From assembly GCA_037443345.1 (NCBI GenBank), contig JBBION010000001.1, forward strand, positions 1 to 49,757: 49,757 nucleotides of DNA, in the 5' to 3' direction. This document shows, in pieces, positions 18,471 through 29,170 of the stretch. The DNA is from Rubrivivax sp. (GTDB lineage Bacteria > Pseudomonadota > Gammaproteobacteria > Burkholderiales > Burkholderiaceae_C). A program made the translations under genes and the position numbers. How positions within the stretch are numbered: the stretch's first letter is position 1; the number at the start of each line of letters is the position of its first letter. Under the pieces are notes generated by a model that worked only from the letters and a program-made list of their open reading frames with translations, did not search any database and had not been told where the DNA came from.

Positions 18471-19442
18471 ATGAAGAAGACGCTGATCGCCGCGCTGGCG
18501 CTGGCCACCGGAGCCGCCTTCGCCTATCCCGACAAGACGATCACGATCGTCGTGCCCTTCGCCGCCGGCGGGCCGACCGACAAGGTCGCGCGCGACTTCG
18601 CCGAGGCGCTGCGCAAGCCGCTGGGCGGCAACGCCAACATCGTGGTCGAGAACGTCGGCGGCGCCGGCGGCACGCTGGGTGCCAACAAGGTCGCCAAGGC
18701 CGCCCCCGACGGCTACACGCTGCTGCTTTACCACATCGGCATGGCGACCTCCGCGTCGCTGTACCGCAACCTGCCGTACAAGACGCTCGACGACTTCGAG
18801 TACCTCGGCCTGATCAACGAGGTGCCGATGACGCTGATCGGCCGCCCGACGCTGCCGGCCAACAACTACGCCGAGCTCGTCAAGTGGCTGGGCGACAACA
18901 AGGGCAAGGTCAACCTTGCCAACGCCGGCCTCGGCGCCGCGTCGCACCTGTGCGGCCTGCTGTTCCAGCAGGCGCTGAAGATCGACATGACGACGGTGCC
19001 GTACAAGGGCACCGCGCCGGCGATGACGGACCTCATCGGCGGCCAGGTCGACATCATGTGCGACCAGACCACCAACACGACGCCGCAGATCGAGGGCGGC
19101 AAGGTCAAGGCCTACGCGGTGACGACGTCGCAACGCCTGACGACGCCGGCGCTGAAGAACCTGCCGACGCTCAACGAGGTGGGCCTCAAGGGCTTCAACG
19201 TCTCGATCTGGCACGGCCTGTACGCGCCCAAGGGCACACCGAAGGCGGTCACCGACAAGCTCAACGCCGCGCTGCAGGAGGCCCTGAAGGATCAGGAGTT
19301 CCTCAAGCGCCAGGAAGCGCTCGGCGCCGTGATCGTCTGCTGCGACAACCGCGTGACGCCGGCCGGCCACAAGCAGTTCGTCGCCGCCGAGATCGACAAG
19401 TGGGGGGCGGCGATCAAGGCCGCCGGCCAGTACGCCGACTGA
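18471..19442 (+). CDS. Bug/TctC tripartite tricarboxylate transporter substrate-binding protein
   Basis: Signal peptide, YPDKTITIVVPFAAGGPTD, VENVGGAGG, PDGYTLL, VPYKGTAPAMTDLIGGQVD. Confidence 0.95.
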   Translation: MKKTLIAALALATGAAFAYPDKTITIVVPFAAGGPTDKVARDFAEALRKPLGGNANIVVENVGGAGGTLGANKVAKAAPDGYTLLLYHIGMATSASLYRNLPYKTLDDFEYLGLINEVPMTLIGRPTLPANNYAELVKWLGDNKGKVNLANAGLGAASHLCGLLFQQALKIDMTTVPYKGTAPAMTDLIGGQVDIMCDQTTNTTPQIEGGKVKAYAVTTSQRLTTPALKNLPTLNEVGLKGFNVSIWHGLYAPKGTPKAVTDKLNAALQEALKDQEFLKRQEALGAVIVCCDNRVTPAGHKQFVAAEIDKWGAAIKAAGQYAD

Positions 19443-19482
19443 TTCCGCCCGCGCCGCCGGAAGCCGCGCGATGCGCGACACC

Positions 19483-19512
19483 GAGGCCGCCCGCGAGGGC
19501 GGCCTTTTCGTT
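19483..19512 (+). terminator. Intrinsic terminator after the Bug gene
   Basis: GAGGCCGCCC-gcga-GGGCGGCCTT followed by TTCGTT. Confidence 0.75.
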
Positions 19513-19524
19513 GTCGCCGGCGGC

Positions 19525-19884
19525 TTGCGGCTGACGCTGCTCGTCGTCGACAGCATCACCGAGGCGATCGGCCGCGGCGCCGGCTGTGCCGTCGTCAGCG
19601 GCTCGCACGGCGGCACCAGCGCCGCGCGCTTCGCGCTCGAGGCCGGCGTCGCGCTCGCGGTGTTCAACGACGCCGGCGTCGGGCGCGACGGCGCCGGCAT
19701 CGCCGCGCTCGAGGCGCTGCAGCGCGAGGGCGTCGCCGCCTGCGCCGTGCGGCACGACAGCGCGCGCATCGGCGACGCGTGGTCGACCTGGGACGACGGC
19801 GTGATCTCGCACGCCAACGCCGCCGCCGCGGCGCTCGGCGCCCGCCCGGGGCGTGCGTTGCGCGTGTGGCTGGCGGCGGGCTGA
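19525..19884 (+). CDS. Conserved-looking hypothetical protein (GSHGG / FNDAG / SARIGD motifs)
   Basis: Alpha/beta pattern; start moved to in-frame TTG 19525 because the ATG at 19471 lies upstream of the terminator. Confidence 0.65.
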   Translation: MRLTLLVVDSITEAIGRGAGCAVVSGSHGGTSAARFALEAGVALAVFNDAGVGRDGAGIAALEALQREGVAACAVRHDSARIGDAWSTWDDGVISHANAAAAALGARPGRALRVWLAAG

Positions 19885-19898
19885 GCCGCCCGCGCAGG

Positions 19899-20342
19899 TC
19901 AGCCGCGCACCGTCAGCGGGATCGTCACCGGCCCGTCGTTGACGAGGTGCACCTGCATCGCCGCGCCGAAGCGACCCGCCTCGACGCGCGGGTGCGCCGC
20001 GCGCGCGAGTTCGAGCACGCGCTCGTACAGCGCGCGCCCGAGCTCGGGCGGCGCGGCGCCGCCGAAGCTCGGCCGGTTGCCGCCCGACGTGTCGGCCGCG
20101 AGCGTGAACTGGCTGACGATCAGCAGGCCGCCGCCCACGTCGCGCACGCTGCGGTTCATGCGGCCGGCGTCGTCGCCGAAGATGCGCAGCTTCAGCAGCT
20201 TGTCGACCAGCCGGTGCACCTGCGCGTCGGTGTCGTGCGGCTCGGCGCAGACGAACACGAGCAGGCCGGCGCCGATCGCGCCGACGGTCTCGCCGGCGAC
20301 GGCGACGCGCGCCTCGGCGACGCGCTGCACGAGTGCCAGCAT
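19899..20342 (-). CDS. dtd: D-aminoacyl-tRNA deacylase
   Basis: VQRV, SQFTL, GNRPSF, NDGPVT signature motifs. Confidence 0.96.
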   Translation of the reverse strand: MLALVQRVAEARVAVAGETVGAIGAGLLVFVCAEPHDTDAQVHRLVDKLLKLRIFGDDAGRMNRSVRDVGGGLLIVSQFTLAADTSGGNRPSFGGAAPPELGRALYERVLELARAAHPRVEAGRFGAAMQVHLVNDGPVTIPLTVRG

Positions 20343-20355
20343 CGCCGCGTTACCG

Positions 20356-21246
20356 TCAGAGCAGGTCCCTGGGATCGTCGAAGTGCGCCTCGACGTCGCT
20401 GGGCAACAACTGGATCGTCGCTCGCAGTCCAGGCACCGCGCTCATCAGCGCCTGCTCGACCGAGGTGCGCAGCGCCGCGGCACGTCCGAGCGACCAGCCG
20501 GCCGGCATGTGCATGTGCAGGTCGACGAAGCGGCGCTGGCCGGCGCGGCGCGTGACGACGTGGTCGAAGCGGATCGTCGGGTGCATGAAGCCGGCGAGCA
20601 CGTCGTCGATCTGCGTGCGCACCTCGGGCTCGAGCGCACGGTCCATCAGCCCGTCGGCCGAGCCGCGGATCAGCGACACACCTTGGCGCGCGATGTTGGC
20701 CGCCACTGCGATCGCGATGACCGGATCGAGCCACAGCCAGCCCGTGGCCGTGACGGCGACCAGGCCCACGACGACGCCGACCGACGTCCACACGTCGGTC
20801 ATCAGGTGGCGCGCGTCGCCCTCGAGCGCCGTCGAGCGGTGCTCGAGGGCCTTGCGCAGCATCGCCCACGCCAGCACGCCGTTGAGCACCGACGCGATCA
20901 GCGACAGTCCCAGCCCCCAGCCGAGTTGCTCGAGCGGCTGCGGCGCCCACAGCCGCTCGGCGGCGGTGACGATGATGGCCAGTGCCGCCGCCAGGATCAG
21001 CACGCCCTCGAAGCCGCTGGAGAAGTACTCGGCCTTGTGGTGGCCGTACGGGTGGTCCTCGTCGGGCGGTGCCGCCGCGAGCGTGACCATCAGCAGCGCG
21101 AAGCTGGCGCCGGCCAGGTTGACGAGCGACTCGAGCGCGTCCGACAGCAGTCCGACCGAGCCCGTGATCCACCAGGCCCCGGCCTTGAGCAGGATTGTCG
21201 CCACCGCGATGGCGACCGAGACCTTCAGGTAGGCGCTGACTTGCAT
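20356..21246 (-). CDS. Cation diffusion facilitator (FieF/YiiP-like)
   Basis: [36 protein letters not shown]; C-terminal DLHMH. Confidence 0.93.
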   Translation of the reverse strand: MQVSAYLKVSVAIAVATILLKAGAWWITGSVGLLSDALESLVNLAGASFALLMVTLAAAPPDEDHPYGHHKAEYFSSGFEGVLILAAALAIIVTAAERLWAPQPLEQLGWGLGLSLIASVLNGVLAWAMLRKALEHRSTALEGDARHLMTDVWTSVGVVVGLVAVTATGWLWLDPVIAIAVAANIARQGVSLIRGSADGLMDRALEPEVRTQIDDVLAGFMHPTIRFDHVVTRRAGQRRFVDLHMHMPAGWSLGRAAALRTSVEQALMSAVPGLRATIQLLPSDVEAHFDDPRDLL

Positions 21247-21289
21247 TCGTCAATTTTCATCGCCGCGGCGCCGTGCCCGCTGCGCGCGA

Positions 21290-22261
21290 TCAAGCCCGCG
21301 TCTCGTCGGGGCCGAGCAGCGCGCCGATCCCGCCGATCGCCTGCACCAGCGCCGCGACGCCGTACAGCATCGCCACCGCGACGGCCTGCGGCGCTCCGAC
21401 GCCGAACGCCGCCAGCGAGACCACCGCCGCCGCCTCGCGCGTGCCCCAGCCACCGAAGCTCACCGGCAGCGCGGCGAACAGGAACACCGGCACTGCGGCC
21501 ATGGCCCAGGCCCAGTACGGCAGCGCCAGCCCGATGGCGGCGCCGGCGCACGCCAGCGTGGTCACCGACAACCCCTGCACCGCCGCCGACCCGAGCACCT
21601 GCCAGCCGTACTGCGCCAGCGCGCCCGGACGATGCGCCAGGCGCACCAGACGCTCGGGGCAGCGCACGGGGGCCATGTCGCCGCCGGCCGGGGCCGCGCC
21701 GCGCCGCCACGCGACGAGCACCGCCAGCGGCCCCAGCAGCCCGAACGCCGCGAGCGCGACGAAGGCCCACGGGCCGATCGCGACGACGGCCCCGGCGCCC
21801 AGCCGCCCCAGTGCCGCGGCGGCACCCTCGCCGGCCAGCCCGAACGCGGCGGCGAGCGCGCCGACGACGAGCAACACCCACAGCCCGCCGACGCGGTCGA
21901 ACAGCACCGACAGCCCGGACTCGAGCATCGGCAGCCCCTGGCGCGCCAGCGCGTGCGCGCGGTAGACGTCGCCGCCGACGACGGCGCCCGGCAGCACGGC
22001 GTTGATCGCGACGCCGCGGAAGTACATCGCCAGGGCCCAGCCCGCGCCGACGCGCGCGCCGAGCCAGCGCGCCAGTGCCCACCAGCGCAGTGCCGACGCG
22101 ACGTTGGCCGCCACGGCCGACAGCAGGCCGAGCACGAGCCACGCCGGGTCGGCGCCGCTCAGCAACTGCCACAGCGCGCGCGGGTCGGTCCACCACAGCA
22201 GCGCCGCGAGCAACAGCGCGGCCACCGCGATGCGCGCCGCGGCGCGCGTGCGCGGCGTCAA
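21290..22261 (-). CDS. Lysylphosphatidylglycerol-synthase TM domain / flippase-like membrane protein
   Basis: TTGA overlap with the GT2 stop; ALRW, NAVLPGAVVGGDVYR, SVLFDR, LPVSFGGWGTRE. Confidence 0.85.
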   Translation of the reverse strand: MTPRTRAAARIAVAALLLAALLWWTDPRALWQLLSGADPAWLVLGLLSAVAANVASALRWWALARWLGARVGAGWALAMYFRGVAINAVLPGAVVGGDVYRAHALARQGLPMLESGLSVLFDRVGGLWVLLVVGALAAAFGLAGEGAAAALGRLGAGAVVAIGPWAFVALAAFGLLGPLAVLVAWRRGAAPAGGDMAPVRCPERLVRLAHRPGALAQYGWQVLGSAAVQGLSVTTLACAGAAIGLALPYWAWAMAAVPVFLFAALPVSFGGWGTREAAAVVSLAAFGVGAPQAVAVAMLYGVAALVQAIGGIGALLGPDETRA

Positions 22262-23352
22262 CCGCCCTCCCCGGCCTCTGCGCCGGAGCGCCGTCCCGTC
22301 GCGGCCGGGGCGGCCTGCGGCGCGTCGTCGGCCGGCACGCGCACGTGGTACTGCGGACGCCCCTGCCCTTCGTGGTAGACGCGCATCAGCATCTCGCCGG
22401 TCAGCCCGGCGACGACGAGCTGCGCGCCAATCAGGATCAGCATCACGGCGGCGATCAGCAGCGGGCGCCCGCCGATGTCCTCGCCACCGATCTTCAGCGC
22501 CAGCAGGTAGGCCAGGATCAGCACGCCCGGCGTGGCCAGCCACAGCCCCAGGCCGCCGAAGGCGTGCAGCGGCCGCTGGCGGTAGCGCATGAAGAACACG
22601 ATCAGCACCAGGTCGAGGATGACGCGGAACGTGCGGTCGATGCCGTACTTGCTCTGGCCACGCGTGCGCGGGTGGTGGCGCACCGGCATCTCGGCGATGC
22701 GCGCGCCGGCGTCGCGCGCGAGCGACGGAATGAAGCGGTGCAGCTCGCCATACAGGCGGATGCGGTCGATGATGGGGCGGCGGTACGCCTTCAGCGCGCA
22801 GCCGTAGTCGTGCAGGCGCACGCGTGTCGCGCGCGAGATCAGCCGGTTGGCGAGCAGGCTCGGCAGCCGGCGCGAGATCGCGGCGTCCTGGCGCTCGCGC
22901 CGCCAGCCCGACACCATGTCGACCGTCGGGTCGGTCTCGAGCCGCTGCAGCAGCAGCGGGATGTCGAGCGGCTCGTTCTGCAGGTCGGCGTCGAGCGTGA
23001 CGACGTAGCGCCCGCGCACGCGGTCGAAGCCGGCCTGCAGCGCGCTCGACTGGCCGTAGTTGCGCGTCAGGATCACCGGGCGCAGCCACGGATGCTGCGG
23101 CGCCAGCCGCTCGAGCAGGTCGGCGCTGCCGTCGGTCGAGCCGTCGTCGACGGCGATCAGCTCGAACGTGAAGCCGCTGCCGGCCATCGCGTCGCCGATG
23201 CGCGCGACGAGGTCGGGCAGGTTCTCGATCTCGTTGTAGACCGGGATCACGATCGAGACGTCGGGCGGCGCGGTGGCGCCGGCCTCGACGGCCAAGGCGG
23301 GCGACGACTGGGCGCTCACCGACGGGGGCAGACGGGTGGCCGGGATGGACAC
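22258..23352 (-). CDS. GT2 polyprenol-phosphate glycosyltransferase (ArnC/GtrB-like)
   Basis: SIVIPVYNE, VDDGSTD, RNYGQSSAL, LDADLQN, LHRFIP, two C-terminal TMs; start uncertain. Confidence 0.92.
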   Translation of the reverse strand: MSIPATRLPPSVSAQSSPALAVEAGATAPPDVSIVIPVYNEIENLPDLVARIGDAMAGSGFTFELIAVDDGSTDGSADLLERLAPQHPWLRPVILTRNYGQSSALQAGFDRVRGRYVVTLDADLQNEPLDIPLLLQRLETDPTVDMVSGWRRERQDAAISRRLPSLLANRLISRATRVRLHDYGCALKAYRRPIIDRIRLYGELHRFIPSLARDAGARIAEMPVRHHPRTRGQSKYGIDRTFRVILDLVLIVFFMRYRQRPLHAFGGLGLWLATPGVLILAYLLALKIGGEDIGGRPLLIAAVMLILIGAQLVVAGLTGEMLMRVYHEGQGRPQYHVRVPADDAPQAAPAATGRRSGAEAGEGG

Positions 23353-23362
23353 GACGGGCCCC

Positions 23363-24616
23363 TCAGGCGAGCGTGACCCGCGCGAACTTGCGCTTGCCGA
23401 CCTGCACGACGAAGGTGCCGGCGGCGAGCTTGAGCGCCTTGTCGCTGACGACGCCGCCGTCGACGCGCACGCCGCCGCCGTCGATCAGGCGCATCGCCTC
23501 GCTCGTCGACGGTGCCAGCCCGGCCTGCTTGAGCAGCGCACCAATCGCCAGCGGCGCACCGGCCAGCGACACCTCGGGGATCTCGTCGGGAATGCCGCCG
23601 CGCGCGCGCAGCTCGAAGTCGGCCTGCGCGGCGTCGGCCGCCGCGGCGCCGTGGAAACGCGCCGTGATCTCGCGCGCGAGCAGCACCTTGGCATCCTTCG
23701 GGTTGCGCCCGGCGTCGACCTCGGCCTTGAGCCTCGCGATCTCGGCCTCGCTGCGGAAGCTCAGCAGCGTGAAGTAGCGCCACATCAGCGTGTCGTTGAT
23801 CGACAGCAGCTTGGCGAACATCGTCGCCGGCGGCTCGGTGATGCCGATGTAGTTGCCCTTGCTCTTGGACATCTTCTCGACGCCGTCGAGCCCCTCGAGC
23901 AGCGGCATCGTCAGTATGCACTGCGGCTCCTGGCCGTATTCCTGCTGCAGCGCGCGGCCGACCAGCAGGTTGAACTTCTGGTCGGTGCCGCCGAGCTCGA
24001 GGTCGCTCTTCAGCGCCACCGAGTCGTAGCCCTGCATCAGCGGGTACAGCAACTCGTGCACGCTGATCGGCACGCCGGCCTTGAGCCGCTTGGTGAAGTC
24101 GTCGCGCTCGAGCATGCGCGCCACCGTGTAGCGCGCGGCGAGCTGGATCATGCCGCGCGCGCCGAGCGCGTCGCTCCACTCGGAGTTGTAACGGATCTCC
24201 GTCTTCGCCGGGTCGAGCACGAGGCTGGCCTGCGCGTAGTAGGTCTGCGCATTGGCCTCGATCTGCTCGCGCGTGAGCGGCGGGCGCGTCGTGTTGCGCC
24301 CCGACGGGTCGCCGATCGTCGACGTGAAGTCGCCGATCAGGAAGATCACCTCGTGCCCCAGGTCCTGCAGCTGGCGCATCTTGTTGAGCACCACGGTGTG
24401 GCCGAGGTGGATGTCGGGCGCCGTCGGGTCGAGGCCCAGCTTGATGCGCAGCGGCTGCCCGGCGGCCTCGGCGCGCGCCAGCTTGGCCAGCCAGTCGTCC
24501 TCGGGCAGCAGTTCCTCGCAGCCGCGGCGCGTCGTCGCCAGCGCCTCGCGCGTGCGGTCGGTGACCGGGTGGACCGGTTTTCCATGATGCGAAAAGGCAG
24601 TTGCGGCTGATGACAT
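23363..24616 (-). CDS. tyrS: Tyrosyl-tRNA synthetase
   Basis: [29 protein letters not shown]-terminal S4 domain QVGKRKF. Confidence 0.97.
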   Translation of the reverse strand: MSSAATAFSHHGKPVHPVTDRTREALATTRRGCEELLPEDDWLAKLARAEAAGQPLRIKLGLDPTAPDIHLGHTVVLNKMRQLQDLGHEVIFLIGDFTSTIGDPSGRNTTRPPLTREQIEANAQTYYAQASLVLDPAKTEIRYNSEWSDALGARGMIQLAARYTVARMLERDDFTKRLKAGVPISVHELLYPLMQGYDSVALKSDLELGGTDQKFNLLVGRALQQEYGQEPQCILTMPLLEGLDGVEKMSKSKGNYIGITEPPATMFAKLLSINDTLMWRYFTLLSFRSEAEIARLKAEVDAGRNPKDAKVLLAREITARFHGAAAADAAQADFELRARGGIPDEIPEVSLAGAPLAIGALLKQAGLAPSTSEAMRLIDGGGVRVDGGVVSDKALKLAAGTFVVQVGKRKFARVTLA

Positions 24617-24656
24617 CGCGAAAGATCAAATCACAGAACCGGCCTCAACTGCCGCG

Positions 24657-24684
24657 TTGCGCGGACGATGACCGTGGCTATACT
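24657..24684 (+). promoter_or_regulatory. Putative sigma70 promoter for M23-anmK
   Basis: TTGCGC-N16-TATACT. Confidence 0.5.
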
Positions 24685-24843
24685 TCGTGGCGGTCGTCTG
24701 GCCGTCATCAAAAAAGACAACCGGAGCGACGTCCGGAGGGCCCGTGATTCTATCGGCCCACCGGACGGCACGATCGACGCCACGGCCGCGCCGGGCTCGA
24801 CAAGATCAACAAGCATCGGGCCGACCCGGCCCCGACTTGGCAC

Positions 24844-26217
24844 GTGGAACCGTTGGGCTGGTTGAACCAGGCCGCCGAGAGTGGCCAGCGATTCGTCACC
24901 CGCCACCACCGCGGCGTCGTGACCGGCGTGACCGTGGCGCTCGTCGGCTTCGCCGCGACGGCGTTCGGCATCGCCCCGCTGGCGCCCGACGCCAACGACC
25001 TGCCCCGCCGCGTGATCTCCGAGGCCATCGAGCCGTTGCCGCTCGACGGCCAGCTCGAGGCGCTGGCGGCGCACTCGCTCGAGCTGTCGCGCAGCCAGGT
25101 CACGCGCATGGGCGACACCGTCGACGGCCTGCTGCAGCGGCTGGGGGTCAGCGATGCCCAGGCCGCCGCGTTCCTGCGTCGCGACGCGGTGGCACGCCGC
25201 ATCGTCGAGGGGCGGCCGGGCAAGCTGGTCAGCGCCGTCGCGCGCGACGACGGCTCGCTGGTCGGGCTGGTGGCGCGCTACCCGGCCGAAGGCGAGCGCG
25301 CGGCGACGCATTTCTCGCGGCTGACGGTGCAGCAGCAGGGCGACGCCTGGCAGGCCTCGCTCGAGACGGTGCCGCTCGAGGCACAGGTGCGCGTGGGCAG
25401 CGGCACGATCCGCTCGTCGCTGTTCGCGGCCACCGACGAGGCCGGCATCCCCGACCCCGTGGCGATCCAGATCGCCGAGGTGTTCTCGGCCGACATCGAC
25501 TTCCACCGCGAGCTGCGCCGCGGTGACACGTTCAGCGTCGTCTACGAGACGCTGACGGCCGACGGCGAGCCCATCGTCTGGAACCAGGGCACCGGCCGCG
25601 TGCTGGCGGCCGAGTTCGTCAACGCCGGGCGCACGCACCAGGCGCTGTGGTACCGCGGGCGCGACGGCCGCGGTGGCTACTACGGCTTCGACGGCCAGAG
25701 CAAGCGGCGCACGTTCCTCGCCAGCCCGCTGGAGTTCTCGCGCGTGACCTCGGGCTTCGCCATGCGCATGCACCCGATCCTGCAGCGCATGCGCGCGCAC
25801 AAGGGCGTCGACTACGGCGCGCCGACCGGCACCCCGGTGCGCGTCGTCGGCGACGGCGTCGTCGACTTCGCCGGCTGGCAGAACGGCTACGGCAACGTCG
25901 TCATCGTGCGCCACAGCAACAACCGCACGACGCTGTACGCGCACCTGAGCCGCATCGACGTGAAGCGCGGCGAGCGGGTCGCGCAGGGTCGCCACATCGG
26001 CGCGGTGGGCGCCACCGGCTGGGCCACCGGCCCGCACCTGCACTTCGAGTTCCACGTCAACGGCCGGCACGAGGATCCGCTGCGCATCGCGCGCGCTTCG
26101 GAACCCGTCGTGCTGCCAGCCGCCGAGCGCGCGGCCTTCGAGCAGCAGGCCCGCGTCGCGGCGACGAAGCTCGACGCCGCGCGCGCGACGGTGACTGCGG
26201 CGCTGACGCGCGACTGA
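24844..26217 (+). CDS. M23 family peptidoglycan DD-endopeptidase (MepM-like)
   Basis: N-terminal TM, DIDF, HKGVDY (HxxxD), YAHLS, TGPHLHFE (HxH). Confidence 0.93.
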   Translation: MEPLGWLNQAAESGQRFVTRHHRGVVTGVTVALVGFAATAFGIAPLAPDANDLPRRVISEAIEPLPLDGQLEALAAHSLELSRSQVTRMGDTVDGLLQRLGVSDAQAAAFLRRDAVARRIVEGRPGKLVSAVARDDGSLVGLVARYPAEGERAATHFSRLTVQQQGDAWQASLETVPLEAQVRVGSGTIRSSLFAATDEAGIPDPVAIQIAEVFSADIDFHRELRRGDTFSVVYETLTADGEPIVWNQGTGRVLAAEFVNAGRTHQALWYRGRDGRGGYYGFDGQSKRRTFLASPLEFSRVTSGFAMRMHPILQRMRAHKGVDYGAPTGTPVRVVGDGVVDFAGWQNGYGNVVIVRHSNNRTTLYAHLSRIDVKRGERVAQGRHIGAVGATGWATGPHLHFEFHVNGRHEDPLRIARASEPVVLPAAERAAFEQQARVAATKLDAARATVTAALTRD

Positions 26218-26236
26218 TCGGCCCACCGGCGCGCCA

Positions 26237-27370
26237 ATGCCGCTGTACATCGGGCTCATGTCGGGCACGTCGCTCGACGGGCTCGACGCCGTGCTGGCGC
26301 ACATCGACGACACGCCGGCCGGTTTGGCGCTGGCGGTGCGCGCGCACCGCCACGCCGCGTTCGACGACGGCCTGCGGGCCGAGCTGCTGTCGCTCAACAG
26401 CCGTGGCGACGACGAACTGCACCGCGCCGCCGTGGCGACGCGGCGGCTGGCCGACCTGGCCGCCGTCACCGTGAGCAAGTTGCTCGACGACGCCGGCGTG
26501 TCGCCGGGCCAAGTGCGGGCAATCGGCTCGCACGGGCAGACGGTGCGCCACCGCCCACCGGCCGCCGGCATCGACGTGCCGTACACGATCCAGCTCGACG
26601 ACGGCGCGTGGCTCGCCGAGCACACGGGCATCGACGTCGTCTGCGACTTCCGCCGACGCGACCTGGCCGCCGGGGGACAGGGCGCGCCACTGGTGCCCGC
26701 GTTCCACGCCGCCCGCTTCGCGTCGGCCGGTCATGGGGTGGCCGTGCTCAACGTGGGCGGCATCGCCAACCTGACGCTGCTGCGCGCCGGCGGCGCCGGC
26801 GGCGACGTCGCGGGGTTCGACTGCGGCCCCGGCAACGTGCTGCTCGACCTGTGGTGTGAGCGGCACACGGGCCAGCGCTACGACGACGTCGGCCGATGGG
26901 CCGACGGCGGTCGCGTGAACGAGGCGCTGCTGGCAGCCCTGCTCGCCGAGCCCTACTTCGCGTTGCCGCCACCGAAGTCGACGGGCCGCGACCTGTTCCA
27001 CGCCGCGTGGCTCGACACGCGCTTGCAGGCCTTCGGCGCCGTTTCGCCGGTCGACGTGCAGGCCACGCTGCTCGCGCTGACGGCCACCGCCGTCGGTCAC
27101 GCGCTGCGGCGCCACGCGCCCGCCACCGAGCGCCTCATCGTGTGCGGGGGCGGCGCGCGCAATGGCGCCTTGATGAAGGCCCTGGGCGCGCGGCTGCCCG
27201 GCATCGAGGTCGTGACGAGTGCCGACGCCGGGCTCGACCCGCTGCACGTCGAGGCGGCGGCGTTCGCCTGGCTCGCCCACGCGCACCTCGAGCGGCAGCC
27301 CGGCAACCGCGCCGAGGTCACCGGCGCGCGCGGCCCCCGCGTGCTCGGCGCGCTCTATCCGGCGCGCTGA
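26237..27370 (+). CDS. anmK: Anhydro-N-acetylmuramic acid kinase
   Basis: YIGLMSGTSLDG, GSHGQTVRH, DFRRRDLAAGGQGAPLVP, FDCGPGN, PPKSTGRD, EAAAFAWLA. Confidence 0.97.
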   Translation: MPLYIGLMSGTSLDGLDAVLAHIDDTPAGLALAVRAHRHAAFDDGLRAELLSLNSRGDDELHRAAVATRRLADLAAVTVSKLLDDAGVSPGQVRAIGSHGQTVRHRPPAAGIDVPYTIQLDDGAWLAEHTGIDVVCDFRRRDLAAGGQGAPLVPAFHAARFASAGHGVAVLNVGGIANLTLLRAGGAGGDVAGFDCGPGNVLLDLWCERHTGQRYDDVGRWADGGRVNEALLAALLAEPYFALPPPKSTGRDLFHAAWLDTRLQAFGAVSPVDVQATLLALTATAVGHALRRHAPATERLIVCGGGARNGALMKALGARLPGIEVVTSADAGLDPLHVEAAAFAWLAHAHLERQPGNRAEVTGARGPRVLGALYPAR

Positions 27371-27377
27371 ACGCACA

Positions 27378-27399
27378 GCGGCCGCCCGCAGGCGGCCGC
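27378..27399. terminator. Hairpin between convergent anmK and erpA
   Basis: GCGGCCGCC-cgca-GGCGGCCGC; weak U tails. Confidence 0.5.
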
Positions 27400-27418
27400 C
27401 GGTGCCTGTGTGCGACGC

Positions 27419-27793
27419 TCAGACCGAGAACGACGAGCCGCAACCGCAGGTCGTGGTGGCGTTCGGGTTCTTGATCACGAACTGGGCACCCTGCAGGTCT
27501 TCCTTGTAGTCGATCTCCGCGCCGACCAGGTACTGCAGGCTCATCGCGTCGATCAGCAGCGTGACGCCGTTCTTCGACATCTGCGTGTCGTCGTCGTTGA
27601 CGACCTCGTCGAACGTGAAGCCGTACTGGAAGCCCGAGCACCCGCCGCCCTGCACGAACACGCGCAGCTTGAGGTCGGGGTTGCCCTCCTCGTCGACGAG
27701 TTGCTTGACCTTGTCGGCCGCGCTGTCGGTGAACAGCAGCGGGGCGGGCATCTCACCCGTGACGTCGGAGATCGTTTCGGCTACGGCGCTCAT
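27419..27793 (-). CDS. erpA: Fe-S cluster insertion protein ErpA
   Basis: [32 protein letters not shown]. Confidence 0.96.
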   Translation of the reverse strand: MSAVAETISDVTGEMPAPLLFTDSAADKVKQLVDEEGNPDLKLRVFVQGGGCSGFQYGFTFDEVVNDDDTQMSKNGVTLLIDAMSLQYLVGAEIDYKEDLQGAQFVIKNPNATTTCGCGSSFSV

Positions 27794-27977
27794 CGTGCAT
27801 CCCTCGGTGACATGACCTGAATATGGCGGCAGGCCAGCCCGGATTCAACCGCGGCAATCCGCCTGCGCCGCGCGCACGACGCGGACCCCCGCTCGTGCAC
27901 GCCCTTGTGACGTTAGCGCAAGTCGGCACCACCGGGCACGCGCTTGCCCTTGCCGCGGTTGTGGGCATCTCGCAGCG

Positions 27978-28008
27978 CAAACGCAAGGGGCCGCGACGAC
28001 GCGGCCCC
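27978..28008 (-). terminator. Terminator after rpsI
   Basis: GGGGCCGCG stem with a 4-nt loop (27987-28008) followed on the minus strand by TTGCGTTTG. Confidence 0.65.
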
Positions 28009-28034
28009 CCTCCGATACCCGACCCGTGCCGGGA

Positions 28035-28427
28035 TCAGCGCTTGCTGAACTGCTTGCGACGGCGCGCGCCGTGCAAGCCGACCTTCTTGCGCTCGACCTC
28101 GCGCGCGTCGCGCGTCACGAAGCCAGCCTGGCTCAACCCGGGCTTGAGCGCCGCGTCGTAGTCGATCAGCGCGCGCGTGATGCCATGGCGCACCGCCCCG
28201 GCCTGGCCCGACTCGCCACCGCCGTGCACGTTGACCTTGATGTCGAAGGCCTCGCCGTTGTTCGTCAGCAGCAGCGGCTGCTTGACGATCATGATCGACG
28301 TCTGGCGGCCGAAGTACTGGTCGACCGGCTTGCCGTTGACGACGATCTGGCCGCTGCCCTTCTTGATGAACACGCGGGCCACCGACGACTTGCGACGGCC
28401 GGTGCCGTAGTTCCAGTTTCCGATCAT
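28035..28427 (-). CDS. rpsI: 30S ribosomal protein S9
   Basis: [33 protein letters not shown]; 130 aa. Confidence 0.98.
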   Translation of the reverse strand: MIGNWNYGTGRRKSSVARVFIKKGSGQIVVNGKPVDQYFGRQTSIMIVKQPLLLTNNGEAFDIKVNVHGGGESGQAGAVRHGITRALIDYDAALKPGLSQAGFVTRDAREVERKKVGLHGARRRKQFSKR

Positions 28428-28438
28428 CACACCGCTCC

Positions 28439-28867
28439 TCAGATCTCGAGCGCCTTGGGCTGCTGCGCGGTGTGCGGGTGCTCGCCGCCCGCGTAGACCT
28501 TCAGCTTCTTCGCCATCGCGTAGCCCAGGGGGCCCTTGGGCAGCATGCCCTTCACCGCCTTCTCGAGCGCGCGGCCCGGGTGCTTGGCCTGCATGTCCTT
28601 GAACGGCGTCGCGTAGATGCCGCCCGGGAAGCCGCTGTGGCGGTAGTAGATCTTGTCGGTGGCCTTGTTGCCGGTCACGCGCAGCTTCGCGGCGTTGACG
28701 ACGATGATGAAGTCACCGGTGTCGACATGAGGCGTGTAGATGGCTTTGTGCTTGCCGCGCAAACGGCGTGCCACTTCGCTGGCGACACGTCCGAGCACCT
28801 TGTCGGTGGCGTCAATCACAAACCACTCGTGCGTCACCTCGGCCGGCTTGGCGCTGAAGGTCTTCAT
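28439..28867 (-). CDS. rplM: 50S ribosomal protein L13
   Basis: [39 protein letters not shown]; 142 aa. Confidence 0.98.
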   Translation of the reverse strand: MKTFSAKPAEVTHEWFVIDATDKVLGRVASEVARRLRGKHKAIYTPHVDTGDFIIVVNAAKLRVTGNKATDKIYYRHSGFPGGIYATPFKDMQAKHPGRALEKAVKGMLPKGPLGYAMAKKLKVYAGGEHPHTAQQPKALEI

Positions 28868-29170
28868 GAGGGTCTTTCGTTGCGGCCGACTGCGAAACAC
28901 GCGCTGATCGCGCCTTTCACGGCCGGCCTCGTCACGGCTGCAAACATCGCTCCGCGGCATGCACCTCGGCGCGGCTTGTCGACGGGCCGCCTCTCGGTGC
29001 TACGCTGCCTTGGTGCTTCGGTGCTGGATGCGACCGCCTCGCGGCAGCGCCAGCGCATTCCCCAGCCGTCTTCGGGAAAGCCGCGCAGTATAGCCTCGAA
29101 TCGGGAGCGCCGCGAGCAATCGTCCACGCGTCGCGGGGCCGGCTGGGGAGCGCACTCCACAAGGGTCCGC

